From Phoronis australis (Eukaryota; Animalia; Phoronida), in NCBI GenBank assembly GCA_002633005.1, contig NMRA01000687.1, positions 1 through 64,000 on the forward strand: a stretch of 64,000 nucleotides of DNA, written 5' to 3'. The translations under genes were made by a program, and so were the position numbers. The notes beneath the pieces were generated by a model. It did not search any database, was not told the DNA's origin, and saw only the letters and a list, made by a program, of their open reading frames with translations. This document shows positions 40,029 through 51,997 of this stretch, one piece after another. Each line of letters opens with the position of its first letter. The first letter of the stretch is position 1.

Positions 40029-40832
40029 TTACTCAGATTTTGCTACACATTTTGTGTTCAGCTTCACCAGCACTCTCTCCTTCACCATTTGAAACTTGAT
40101 TGAGGCTCGTTTGTACAACCTGTCGAAGAATCCCGTATCTTTGCTGCTGGTGCGTTCCAAGATGGCGTCCACCTGACTGTCCACCACTGAGAGAGTGATT
40201 CCCAACTGTGCCGCGTAGTATGTAACCATGATGAGTGTGTGCGCATACGGTATTCGAAACCTGAATTTGTCGATCGCTATCAGAAAGTCCGAGAGTAGGA
40301 AGAAGCCCGCCCCCAGGGCACGACAGATATGGGTCCAGCTCCAGAATTCATCAGAAATGCGTAACCGTGCAATGGCCCGCCATCCCATGGTCGTGATTAA
40401 TGTTATATACACTGGCACCATCAGCACCATCAGACCTTCTAAACTCGCTGAAATCGTAAAGTAGACGCATATGCCAAAGAACAAGAAGAACGAAGCCGCG
40501 TAAGGGTTGAATGGACTCAAGCCGAAGGCTGACGTGTAAAGGGCCTGGCCAATGGCAAATGCCGCTATTCCGTGCAAAAAATACCATTGTTGCCACACGA
40601 GTAACGCGTCGCCGACGATGCAGGCCACAAGACCGAGGACGATTCGGCGAGAATACGAGTATGCATACGAGAAGTTCATGCCATGTAGAAGCACGAACAC
40701 GATCAGCGACACGATTGGCAGACACTTAACAACGCAGTAGAACAGTGACGTAGATCCATTCTCACCAAACAGCACAAAGTGAATAGCTACAGTCTTGAAG
40801 AAAGGTACCAACTTTGGCCCGACACTCTTCAG
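40029..40832 (-). CDS. TMEM86A: Lysoplasmalogenase TMEM86A-like (YhhN family), coding exon 2 (terminal)
   Basis: LKSVGPKLVPFFK..KCLPI..GDALL..FLLSD..MVTYYAAQLGITLSVVDS; acceptor TTGTTTCAG before 40832; stop TAA at 40029. Confidence 0.95.
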   Translation of the reverse strand: MKSVGPKLVPFFKTVAIHFVLFGENGSTSLFYCVVKCLPIVSLIVFVLLHGMNFSYAYSYSRRIVLGLVACIVGDALLVWQQWYFLHGIAAFAIGQALYTSAFGLSPFNPYAASFFLFFGICVYFTISASLEGLMVLMVPVYITLITTMGWRAIARLRISDEFWSWTHICRALGAGFFLLSDFLIAIDKFRFRIPYAHTLIMVTYYAAQLGITLSVVDSQVDAILERTSSKDTGFFDRLYKRASIKFQMVKERVLVKLNTKCVAKSE

Positions 40833-41717
40833 CTGAAACAAGAGTATGTACAAATAGTAATCTTCTGATGTGTAACATTATTACAAACAGCATTGCAGCA
40901 TTCATAATGTATAATGTTTGCTCTCAAATTCCATTCCACAAGGCCTACATACAACTTACATTACAATTGGCCAGGATTTTTAGTGGTGGCTTAACTGACC
41001 AATCGGAATGCCCCTTCATTTCCAAGTCGCTATTTTGCCTGACGAACAGCACGCTGTCGTGTAAAACTTATTGTTTGTTTGTCGGGTGTCACGCGACTTT
41101 TTGCAAGGGGGCGGAGCTAGCTAGCGATAGGTCAATTAACAGTTTAGAAAAGTCCGAGTTTATTACAACGCAATTGATTGTAATGAAAACAAACTAAGAT
41201 CTTAGCAAGGCATGACACTCTGACCACTCCTACATGCCCAAACCAACATAATACTGCACAGTTTCACAGCGCCCACTCATGAAAGCTCTTAAAAAAGCTG
41301 TACATTATGGTAGGAAGTCCTCTAGTTGACAGCCTGGTCTCATTGAACAGTGTTCATATCGTGGATACGTAAAGGTACACATGCTAATGAAGAGGTGAAA
41401 ATGATGGCACTGGTAGAAATTAGAACATTCCACCAAAAATGTTACGTTAGAGATTATATCTTTGATGGCATTTAACAAAGTAACACATTTGGACAGCCAT
41501 TTCGCACCTGAACTGAAGTATGCCAATGGTTTGCAAATGCTGAGAAGAAATGTTTTGGTCGTGCCAGACCTATATAAATGAATGCCAATAAATCAAGTAC
41601 AATATTTCACTAATCTACTCACAACAGCACAATAGTGAAAACTTCATTTTCACATTTTCATAAATAATAAGTAGCATCAGTGAACTATTTTGCAACTGAG
41701 ATTTCAAGGTCTTTACA

Positions 41718-41840
41718 GGGGACTAGGTGGATATAATGGACCTTAATTTAGAGAACTAGGCATTCACTGAATAACGGCCGTTATTTAGTGGATGAAACTG
41801 GTTCTCTAAATCAGGGTCCATTGTATCTGACTATTACCCT
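41718..41840. mobile_element. ~120-bp palindromic MITE in the TMEM86 intron
   Basis: GATATAATGGACC..TTTAGAGAAC.AG / CTGGTTCTCTAAA..GGTCCATTGTATC arms around CGGCCG; a relative lies at 54990-55090. Confidence 0.7.
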
Positions 41841-41855
41841 TTGCTGTAACTAGGC

Positions 41856-43217
41856 TAGACAGTGACTACCATCCCTAGCTGACTAGAGACAATGTAGATC
41901 CTATAGGGCCTTCATATGCAAGAAGCGTCTCGGCGAATTATGCCTCACACTGACAAAAACATTAAAGTCACATTCTTATAAATACCTTTAATGCATAGAG
42001 GGAATCCCTAGGAGGCCATCGATGTATCTAATTCCTTCCACCTCGAAGAAATACTCCCGTTATCAAACCTTTTCTTCGAGCAGTCCCTCGTTAAGATCCC
42101 AAAATCAGAAACTTGCTATTTTTAACACTGAGTGCAGCAGGTGGTATGACATTATATCCCGTGGCGTGCCCAGTGCAAAAATGGCCAGTTACCGATTTTG
42201 GGAACTTAACGAAGGGACTGGTTGAAAAAGTTTGATAATGGGAGTACATCTTCGAGTTGGAAAGAATTAAATACATCGATGGCCTCCTACGGTGTCCCTC
42301 TATGTGCAAAAGGTATTTATAACAACGTGACTTTGACGTTTTAGTCAGTGTGAGGCATACACATACTGTACCTAATTATCGGACATACTCTAAACATTGG
42401 ACATTACAAAAATCTTACTTGAAGCATAATCTGAGAAATAAATGACACTAATTTTTGTTCCACAGTAATGCATTCATTGTCCGGCATTGTCTCCGTTTTG
42501 ATTTCACCGAGAGAGGGTGCAATTTAGACCCCAAGTCGACCTAAAATGAACGATCACATAAATCGGTTATAAAAATTGAAAACAAAATCTTTTACCACAA
42601 TGAAGAAACCTAAATGAACTGACAATATGTCACTGCTTCCTTTTTTCTATTGTTTTTAAACTCAAGTCAAACCCGGGTAGCGCATGTGCGTCATAACAAG
42701 AAGGCAATACTAAAAACTGCAGTGAGGTCGCACGTGCATTAATCGTCTGCACTAATTCATTGAGACAACTTGGTGCTGTCATCAGATGACACTTTATGGA
42801 TAATTTTTTTGCAAATGGAGCAAATATATCAAAATACTCGAACTGCGATTTGGCAACAAGGTGCCTGTGGCCATTACTTGGTTAGTCAGTTTTCCGCTGT
42901 GCGACGTATGCGGAAACATGGTGTCCAATATTTAGGTTCTCCAAAGGATTGCTAGTTGTTCCGTAAGAACATAAAAGTGGCCTTCTTCGGTGACAAGATA
43001 TATGGCAGTAACAGAACAATTCCTTAGGGGGCAAGTCTACTAGTCAGTAAAGAATTTGCAACAATCCATAGTATTTCCAATTTAATATAATGCAAAATGT
43101 CCCAAAACATCCGATATTTAGGTCGCTTGACTATAATTCGAGGAAAAGCTTCCGGTGTATGAATTAGCTCCTTTAGGAGCTACACCGTCTCTAGTCAGAG
43201 ATGGTGGTCACTGTCTA
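41856..43217. mobile_element. Foldback element with TAG..CTA termini, carrying a nested ~770-bp insertion in its right arm
   Basis: TAGACAGTGACTACCATC..GACTAGAGAC vs GTCTCTAGTC..GATGGTGGTCACTGTCTA. Inner arms 41939-42075 pair with 42225-42359. The right arm is split at a duplicated TA (42358-59 and ~43134). Confidence 0.8.
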
Positions 43218-43803
43218 TGAAGTTCTAAACTATCAGCCCCAGGACACACTCCACCATGTCAGAAGTTTTATAAATTGAAATTTTTAGCCTTTCAAAAGTG
43301 AAAAGCATTCCGAAATGATAGATTTTATTGTAATAATTGTCCCTGACTGAGAAGGAACTGCTGAGTAATATTCACAAATAAATAAACAATCTATTTCCAA
43401 AAGAAATGTCAATACCGCTGAGTCCGTGCTTTAGATTTCAGCGTGGGTGAAACCATGTGACATCCTGAACAGCTGACAAAGACCCGTACCTCGCGCATGT
43501 GACTCACTCATTGTTCAATTTTGTCACGGGACACGATTTGACGATGGCAAACCATCCATTTTTCAGATCGGAAGAGTAAAAATGTAACGAGAACCAGAAC
43601 TCGATAAAATGATAGAATTTGGTTTCAAAACTGAATATTTGGACTTAACAGCTGTCTTTGTTTACGTTTAATCACATGCTATCCGGATCCAACTCGATCT
43701 CAGGCCCAGGTCACTTTTGGTACTCGGCCAAAATATTCTGGACAACAACAAAGAACCTCATAAAAATCGAGGAAATTACAAATGTTTTCAAGAAAACACT
43801 CAC

Positions 43804-43833
43804 CACAGTGCTGGGTCTTGTCTTGATAATCAT
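43804..43833 (-). CDS. TMEM86A: TMEM86A-like coding exon 1 (MIIKTRPSTV)
   Basis: ATG plus 10 codons ending at a GTGAGT donor, phase 0. Joins to give ..PSTV-LKSVGPKL, matching the family N-terminus (human MVSPVTVVKSEGPKL). Total 277 aa. Confidence 0.8.
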
Positions 43834-44288
43834 TTCGACAAAAATTTACTTGTCAGACCACCGAGATCGCGCGATTTTTGTCTTATTTATCAGGAAATTC
43901 TCAAATTACCTCCACGCCAGTATTTTACCACAACAAAACTGACGTCAAAGTTATGCAAATTTAAGACTTGACCTACATAATTCACTAACTGCAACCAATC
44001 ATGGACGTTGAAAAAGGACACACATTTACATGACCATCACGAAACTGTATTTAATTTTAAATTAGTGTCTCTTATTTTGTTGGGTTTTCTTGAAAAAAAC
44101 AGCTTAAATTACACCAAATATTTAAATCTAGATATTTATTACCATGATTTAAAACTTTTAGCCAAGTAAATTGTGTAAAGCTAACGAAACGCAGGATATG
44201 TTGTTTCATTTATGCCTGACCTTTCAGTCTCAGAGTTGATAAACTTTCTTCATTTGCCACTTGTCAGGACCATTCGTAATCATAAACC
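43834..44288. promoter_or_regulatory. Bidirectional promoter / 5'UTR region between TMEM86 and ANKS1
   Basis: 455 bp between divergent ATGs; palindromic CRE TGACGTCA at 43940-43947; CCAAT at 43995. Confidence 0.7.
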
Positions 44289-44398
44289 ATGGGGAAAGAA
44301 TCGGATCTCTTGGACGCTGCGAGAGCAGGAGATGCTGCAACTGTCGAGAGAATTTTATCCTCAAGAACCAAATCGAAAGGATTCTCTGGTTTTGCAAG
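44289..44398 (+). CDS. ANKS1: ANKS1 (ankyrin repeat and SAM domain protein 1, Odin/AIDA-1 type) exon 1
   Basis: ACCATGG Kozak context; MGKESDLLDAARAGDAATVERIL resembles ANKS1B MGKDQELLEAARTGNVALVEKLL; GT donor at 44399, phase 2. Confidence 0.9.
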
Positions 44399-44674
44399 GT
44401 AGTTAGTTTTAGACGGTTTCTGGGACGCGGAAGTTATTTGTCTACTGGGGCTAGGTCAATGACTATCTTTAATCTGGATTGGTGAATCAGGAAATAACTT
44501 CGTTTCTCATAGGAAGTCGGTCAACCACTTGTTGCAATTCCCAAGTTTTTTACTGACGAAGTCATACAGTGTAATCAAGTTCAACAAGTTCCTACCCAGA
44601 AACCAAACGCGCTATTGGAATCGTTTGAGTGGTTTGTCACCCGTAGGGGATGATCGCGGATGATCACGAGGGGG

Positions 44675-47600
44675 GGGGGGTCATGTCCATGGGCAGATCC
44701 AGTAGTGTAAGTGTACCTTAGGAAACAAAAATTCATGAATAAAGGGCGGAAAGAATTGTCCTCCAGAACCAAAGATGGTTTGTATAAGGGTTCCCGTATC
44801 TTAATTACCGTGGTGCCCACCTCGTCATTACAGGCACGTTCAGCACCCCTCGCGTCTGGAAAAGTTACTGAACGTGCGATGACATCTGGCTGTTTTGTTA
44901 ACTGCCCAACTCAGTCTTTTGTTCCGTATGATAACAAGAAGGCCAATTATATCCCAGGCTTCAAAGGAAACGTATGGTGGTTGCACACTATTACCGAACG
45001 CGTATGAACACATAGTCAATCCCAGTGCGTCTGTTTGGACAGAATAGATCATCTTAACTTCTGTTGTAGTTGAGTGATTTTGGTGATTCAAAAACGGAAC
45101 ATGATCAGCATTTGACGTGGAATTCAGAAATGCTATTGGTTTAAGCTCAAATATGTTATAACTTAACTTTCATTTTCATCAGCCCAGCCCAGTCAGTCTA
45201 CAGGTAGATACGATCTGATCGGAGATTAGAGCAATTATCGAACAAAAGAGTGCAGGCCCTCCAACCCTAAATGCCAGAATGGAGTTAATCAGTCGTGTAA
45301 GATATTGGCTATGGGGGTAAACTTCCCAACTTGTTGTTGGGCTATAGAATCAAACAAGTTGGGAGCAACAGGATGTCGCCATCATGTGCAAATCCGTGGA
45401 AAGGATATCATTTGTAAAAGCATGTGATTTTTAGAATATTTTTCGTGAGAGATGGGTCAATTCAGCTGAAACCTAAAAATTCGTAGAAAGAGATATCTAA
45501 AATTCTTACCATGCCAAAATTGCTGCCTGGTCAGGTGGATTGATGATTGGCCCAATTACGTTGCACACCCAGCATACGTAATTACCAATAATGAGGAACA
45601 TATTGCAACATTAAAGAAACGTTTTAGGTTGTAAAAGTCACATTTCTTGTCCAGTTTTCAAAGTTCAAAACCTAATCACGTATGCTTTTCACGAAGTGTT
45701 CAAGTTTTCTATTTACTTTCAAAATGAAAATTTTAAAATATTATTGTCTCCCCCAATGTGTTTACTATGGTCACATTATCTTAAGAACAATAACTTCAGT
45801 AGCCTGAAGTGATTATTAACCATAACAGCATCAGGGGTCTGATCTGAGCCAGCAGATTCAGTTGCCCAATCTGGACCTGTTTAGGGCGTCCTTGTACGAA
45901 TCTTTTCATGACCCATTTTTTACCCGCGGGTACCCATGCCTCTACTAGCTAATAAATGTCTAAGTTGCATGATAACAATTCCTGTTCACCTTATCAATGG
46001 CCAAAATAAAGTGTAAACGTGAGCATCAATATATATACCAGTATATGATTTTTGCAGGGGCAGATCCTAGATTTTTTAAAAGTGGGGTCCGATCAAGGAT
46101 TTTTTTAAAAAGGCGTGTCCAAGTTAGCCATTTAAAAATTCTAGATATGATGGCACTAAAATCAAGGGAGGAGACCAGACCCCCCTGTATCCGCCTATGT
46201 TTTGAAACAACCTTAGTCATTATTCGGTGTTTCTGTTTTAAACCTTTTAAAGCGTACTCAAAAGCAACAATGTTTTTATAGATTTTTAAGACAACTGAAT
46301 ATTACATGAAGTGGGTGCAATCTGGCATTCTGCAACAAACATACAAACATTTGACTTAGAACACTTAACATGTGCTTAAAACTGGTCCTTACGCAGATGA
46401 AGTGGTTTGTGGGATAGTGGCTTGGAAAGCACTATGTTATGAAGTGACGTTATGTAGTCCGTGAAAGGGTGTACAGTGTGCAAAATTTGATTTTAATAAA
46501 TGAAGTATCATTTTGGTATGTGTGCATTTTAGTTTTGAAAAAGAAAATGCATTTGCTTCAGCCTGTCGCTTTGTTGTCTTGCTTTGTAACAAATGGGGGT
46601 CCATCCAGGAGAAACCAGTTGACTGTGTGGAATTAAACTGTTTTATGAGCACAGTTTGTTGCTCGAGACTAGCCGAGTCAACTGGAAAAATCAGTTCTTT
46701 AGTTTTGTGAGAGCACAAAAGTATCTTGACCCAATTTTTAATTCTGGTTTGCTGGACGGTCAAATTGATCTGAGCTGGGATGAGTTTCTTTTGTTCACAA
46801 ACACTTTGGGATGTTGGAAGTTTTGCATGAATCATTTGCATATCAAAATGTATATCAGTGCAAATCTGATGATATGATGGCTGCGGAAATTTTTATAAAA
46901 CTCCCAGACTGCATTAAATCCTTACAAAAATGCGAAATACTCTCAACCAAATACTCTATCAGTATCGCTGCTAGCCACTAGTTAGTGGACGTGAATCGAT
47001 GAATAGGGCTTTATGGGTGCGTGTACTGAGTTTACAGGTTCCTGGGCATAACTCATCATGTCTTGCAAGTTGTCTATACAAATGGCAACTGTGGAAACAC
47101 GGTTATTCTGGGAGTGAAGTGCTGGTTTCTCTGGTTTCTGAAGTGTCAGTTGAGAGTCTAGATAATTTCCCCCCTCAGGTGGCAGACTTGTATTGTGAAT
47201 GTTACACAAGAAAATTGCGCCNGGGGGGTCATGTCCATGGGCAGATCCAGTAGTGTAAGTGTACCTTAGGAAACAAAAATTCATGAATAAGGGGCAGAAA
47301 GAATTGCCCTCCAGAATCAAAGATGGTTTATGTAAGGGTTCCCGTATCTTAATTACCTTGGTGCCCACCTCGTCATTACAGGCGTTGTTCAGTAACTTTT
47401 CCCGACGTGAGGGGTGCTGAATGTGCAATGACATCTGGCTGTTTTGTTAACTGCCCAACTCAGTCTTTTGTTCCGTAAGATAACAAACAGGCCAATTATA
47501 TCCCAGTCTTCAAAGGAAACGTATGGTGGTTGCACACTATTACCGAACGCGCATGAACACGTAGTCAAACCCAGTGCGTCCGTTTGGACAGAATAGATCG

Positions 47601-49683
47601 TCTTAACTTCTGTTGTAGTTGAGCGATTTTGGTGATTAAAAAACGGAACAAGATCAGCATTTGACGTGGAATTAAGAAATGCTATTGGTTTAAGCTCAAA
47701 TATGTTATAACTTAACTTTCATTTTTGTCAGCCCAGCCCAGTCAGTCTAGATACGATCTGATCTGAGATTAGAGCAATTATCGAACAAAAGAGTGCAGGA
47801 CCTCCAACCCTAAATGCCAGAGTGGAGTTAATCAGTCGTGTAAGATATTGGCTATGGGGGTAAATTTCCCAACTTGTTGTTGGGCAATAGAATCAAACAA
47901 GTTGGGAGCAACAGGATGTCGCCATCATGTGCAAATCCGTAGAAAGGGTATCATTTGTAAAAGCACGTAATTTTTAGAATGTTTTTCGTGAGAAATGGGT
48001 CAATTCAGCTGAAACCTAAAAATTCGTAGAAAGAGGTATCTAAAATTCTTACCATGCCAAAATTGCTGCCTGGCCAGGTGGATTGATGATTGGCCCAATT
48101 ACGTTGCACACCCAGCATAATTACCAATAATGAGGAACATATTGCAACATTAAAGAAACGTTTTAGGTTGTAAAAGTCACATTTCTTGTATAGTTTTCAA
48201 AGTTCAAAACCTAATCACGTATGCTTTTCACGAACTGTTCAAGTATTCTGTTTACTTTCAAAATGAAAATTTTAAAATACTATTGTCTCCCCCAATGTGT
48301 TTACTATGGTCACATTATCTTAAGAACAATAACTTCAGTAGACTGAAGTGATTATTAACCATAACAGCATCAGGTGTCTGATCTGAACCAGCAGATTCAG
48401 TTGCCCAATCTCGACCCGTTAGGGCGTCCTTGTACGAATCTTTTCATGACCCATTTTTTACCCACGAGTACCCATGCCTCTACTAGCTAATAAATGCCTA
48501 AGTTGCATGATAACAATTCCCGTTAACCTTATCAATGGCCAAAATAAAGTGTAAATGTGGTCGTCAATATATATGTCCAGTATATGATTTTTGCAGGGGC
48601 AGATCCAAGATTTTTTAAAAGTGGGGTCAGATCAAGGATTTTTTAAAAAGAAGTGTCCAAGTTAACCATTTAAAAATTCTAGATATGATGTCACTAAAAT
48701 CAAGGGAGGAGACCAGACCCCCTTGACCCCCCTGTATCCACCTATGTTTCGAAACAACCTTAGTCATTATTCGGTGTTCCTGTTTTAAACCTTTTAAAGC
48801 ATACTCAAAAGCAACAATGTTTTTATAGATTTTTAAGACAACTGAATATTACATGAAGTGGGTGCAATCTGGCATTCTGCAACAAACATACAAACATTTG
48901 ACTTAGAACACTTAACATGTGCTTAAAACTGGTCCTTACACAGATGAAGTGGTTTGTGGGATAGTGGCTTGGAAAGCACTATGTTATGAAGTGACGTTAT
49001 GTAGTCCGTGAAAGGGTGTACAGTGTGCAAAATTTGATTTTAATAAATGAAGTATCATTTCGGTATGTGTGCATTTTAGTTTTGAAAAAGAAAATGCATT
49101 TGCTTCAGCCTGTCGCTTTGTTGTCTTGCTTTGTAACAAATGGGGGTCCATCTAGGAGAAACCAGTTGACTGTGTGGAATTAAACTGTTTTATGAACACA
49201 ATGGAAGTTTGTTACTGCTCCAGACTAGCCGAGTCAACTGGAAAAAAAATCAGTTCTTTAGTTTTGTGAGAGCACAAAAGCATCTTGACCCAATTTTTAA
49301 TTCTGGTTTGCTGGACGGTCAAATTGATCTGTGCTGGGATGAGTTTCTTTTGTTCACAAACACTTTGAGATGTTGGAAATTTTGTGTGAATCATTTGCAT
49401 ATCAAAATGTATATCAGTGCAAATCTGATGATATGATGGCTGCGGAAATTTTTATAAAACTCCCAGACTGCATTAAATCCTTACAAAAATGCGAAATACT
49501 CTCAACCAAATACTCTATCAGTATCGCTGCTAGCCACTAGTTAGTGGACGTGAATCGATGAATAGGGCTTTATGGGAGTGAAATGCTGGTTTCTCTGGTG
49601 TCTGAAGTGTCAGTTGAGAGTCTAGATAATTTCCCCCCTCAGGTGGCAGACTTGTATTGTGAATGTTACACAAGAAAATTGTG
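44675..49683 (+). repeat. ~2.5-kb tandem duplication within ANKS1 intron 1, joined at a single N (likely two haplotypes)
   Basis: 44675-47221 vs 47223-49683 are highly similar, with SNPs and indels; N at 47222. Confidence 0.9.
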
Positions 49684-50286
49684 CCCTTGTTGCGAAATAT
49701 AATCGAAATTTGAATTCTGGAATAGGTATGGGTGTTGCTGTGTGAATTTGTTTTGTGTACATTTTGATGCTTGTTGACGTTATAAGTGTATGAAATTATC
49801 AATTTTAACTTGGATATTAGACCAAAAAAACATGCATGCCATGTACCCAGGGTCCTCGATACCTCGCCAAATTATGGGGCCCAATGTTGCCCTCATTCCC
49901 TCACCCGCCTAGCCCATAATCCCCCTATAATGTTAAAAATTCCCCCTTGTGGTCAGAGTCTGATTCAGCGCACACAAGCAGTTGACAGCAGAAGGTAGTC
50001 AACACCTTTTGCTCCATTTTTACAGCTTCAAGATGGCGTTTGGTGACGACCGGAGGGGGGATTTTTCTTGCACTGGAAAAATACCCCATCGAAAAAGCAC
50101 TCAGGCACCGTTACCCTCACTGGGGTGAGCGAGGACCCTGACTTGATTTTGTTGTTTTGATTTTTAGATGTTGGGAATGCTGTTATCATTAATGTTATAA
50201 AATAATTTCATGAATTCCAACACCAGGTCATTTTTTTGTGTTAACAATAATTTGTTTTACATAATGTTATTGCTTACATGTTGCAG

Positions 50287-50367
50287 TCTACGAAAAGGTA
50301 TTGGTCCTAATATTCAGGATGCAAACGGCGATACTCCTCTTCACATCGCCTCTCTCAATGGCCACAA
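50287..50367 (+). CDS. ANKS1: ANKS1 exon 2
   Basis: TTGCAG|..LRKGIGPNIQDANGDTPLHIASLNGHK|GTAAGT; 81 nt, phase 2-2. Confidence 0.92.
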
Positions 50368-51240
50368 GTAAGTTTTCACGAGTAGATTTTTTATTTGTTC
50401 AGAAGATTGTAGATGGGCTTGCACAGGAATATCCATGTCAAATACAAATATGCTGTATAAACATGAATGAATTGAGTCATCCATTTGAGGTGGAGGAGAA
50501 TAAAAAATGAAATGAAATACTGAAACAAGTGACTCCATCTGGTGGTCAGAACATCAATAGCAGAGCAGACGTTCATGACAGGTGGAAACAATGTTGTCAT
50601 GTATTTGATTCTTGTACACGAGTAACTCGTACTCATGGCACTACTTCAATTATTTTGTCAATATTTTGTTGGTTTCACAGTTTGTCATATGTGCAAACCC
50701 ATTGTGACATTTTGACTTTGTGGGCATCACTGCGCATGAGTGTACGGAAAGCTTGTGAATGGGATTGCATTGATTGAAGAAAGACGTGTTATAGCGTTTC
50801 CAAGATTTTCTGTAACATTAAATGCCTTCAAAGTTCAAGCTGTATTTCGCCTTGTTAAGCTTGGTAAGGAAGATAAATCGAAAGTCCTGTTACTCTGATA
50901 AAATCGATTTCAAAAATATTCCTTACCATGATAGGATACTATTTCTTTTACCAACAAGAACATTGAAACCCGCATGCAGTTTTAGGATTGGCCAACCCTA
51001 GTAAACTCTGAAGTGTTTTTTGAGTCATTGGTGGTTTCAAGGCTCTTGTTGGCAATTAGTGCTGTACACATAGCTAGAATATTATGGATCCGAGTTTTCA
51101 CGGTGTAAGTTGCTCCGCGGTCACATGTTATGCACATGTGACCGCTAACTGGATCAGTATGAATCATTTACAGGACAACTCTCTCAGCATGCTCGCATTA
51201 TTAAAAGCGAACATCGAAATCATGTGAAATGCAAGCAGAT

Positions 51241-51314
51241 CACACGCATGCACGTACGAACGCAGGCACACACACACGCACGCACGCACGCACATACACA
51301 CACACACACACACA
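51241..51314. repeat. Compound (CA)n/(CACG)n microsatellite
   Basis: Seen directly. Confidence 0.9.
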
Positions 51315-51840
51315 AATATACTCAAGCATAACAGAGATGATCCCTTCTGCCTTGTCCCAATTTGTGTTTAAAAAAAAGTCGTGTAGTTGCCTCTAGAGCG
51401 TTACTGATGATCAAGTGCAACTTGCTCTATCTCACAAACCAGTGTCAAAAGTGGTTGTCGCGTGTCAACTTGTTCCGTGTCAGTCATGTGTACACACACA
51501 CTTGCATCCAATCAACTGTTTCATGTCAGCTGCTCTGTGTCAATTGCGTCCCATGTAAATGCAGCTTGAATAATGTCTAAAACATAGACCCAAGAGTCTC
51601 TGAATCAATTTTTGTCATTCCACCATTTCACTACTTGCTTCCCCTCACACTTGCCAATGAATGTAAATGGGTTAGAGGTTGGCATAAATGGACCAAGTGA
51701 TTTTAGACTTGATGTTTTGTTAATTTTTGTTTAGAAATTTGGCAAAATGAACTTCTTGTCCGTCTTATTGTGGTCTATTAGCTGAATTGTGTTAGCTGAA
51801 ACGGGTATGATGGTGTCTAATATCTCGGTGTTCTCCCCAG

Positions 51841-51997
51841 AGATACAGTAGAGACTCTCTTACGTCTTGATGCTTCGGCCAATGTGATGGACAATAAAGG
51901 GTGCTATCCTCTCCATCTGGCCGCCTGGACAGGAAACCATGACATTTGTAACACGTTGTTGACCCTGGGACCGTCCATCGCACAAGTCAATGAGCAG
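51841..51997 (+). CDS. ANKS1: ANKS1 exon 3
   Basis: CCCCAG|[41 protein letters not shown]|GTAAG; 157 nt. GPS..VNEQ favours ANKS1 over CASKIN. Confidence 0.95.

Noticed and set aside
40833-40853. ATG start of the 274-aa ORF (MYILLFQ)
   Set aside because: It lies in the polypyrimidine tract/acceptor; the upstream exon at 43804-43833 fits the family N-terminus better.
43488-43512. Alternative TMEM86 first exon ATGAGTGAGTCACATGCGCGAG|GTAC
   Set aside because: It is 22 nt, the wrong phase for exon 2, and has no family similarity.
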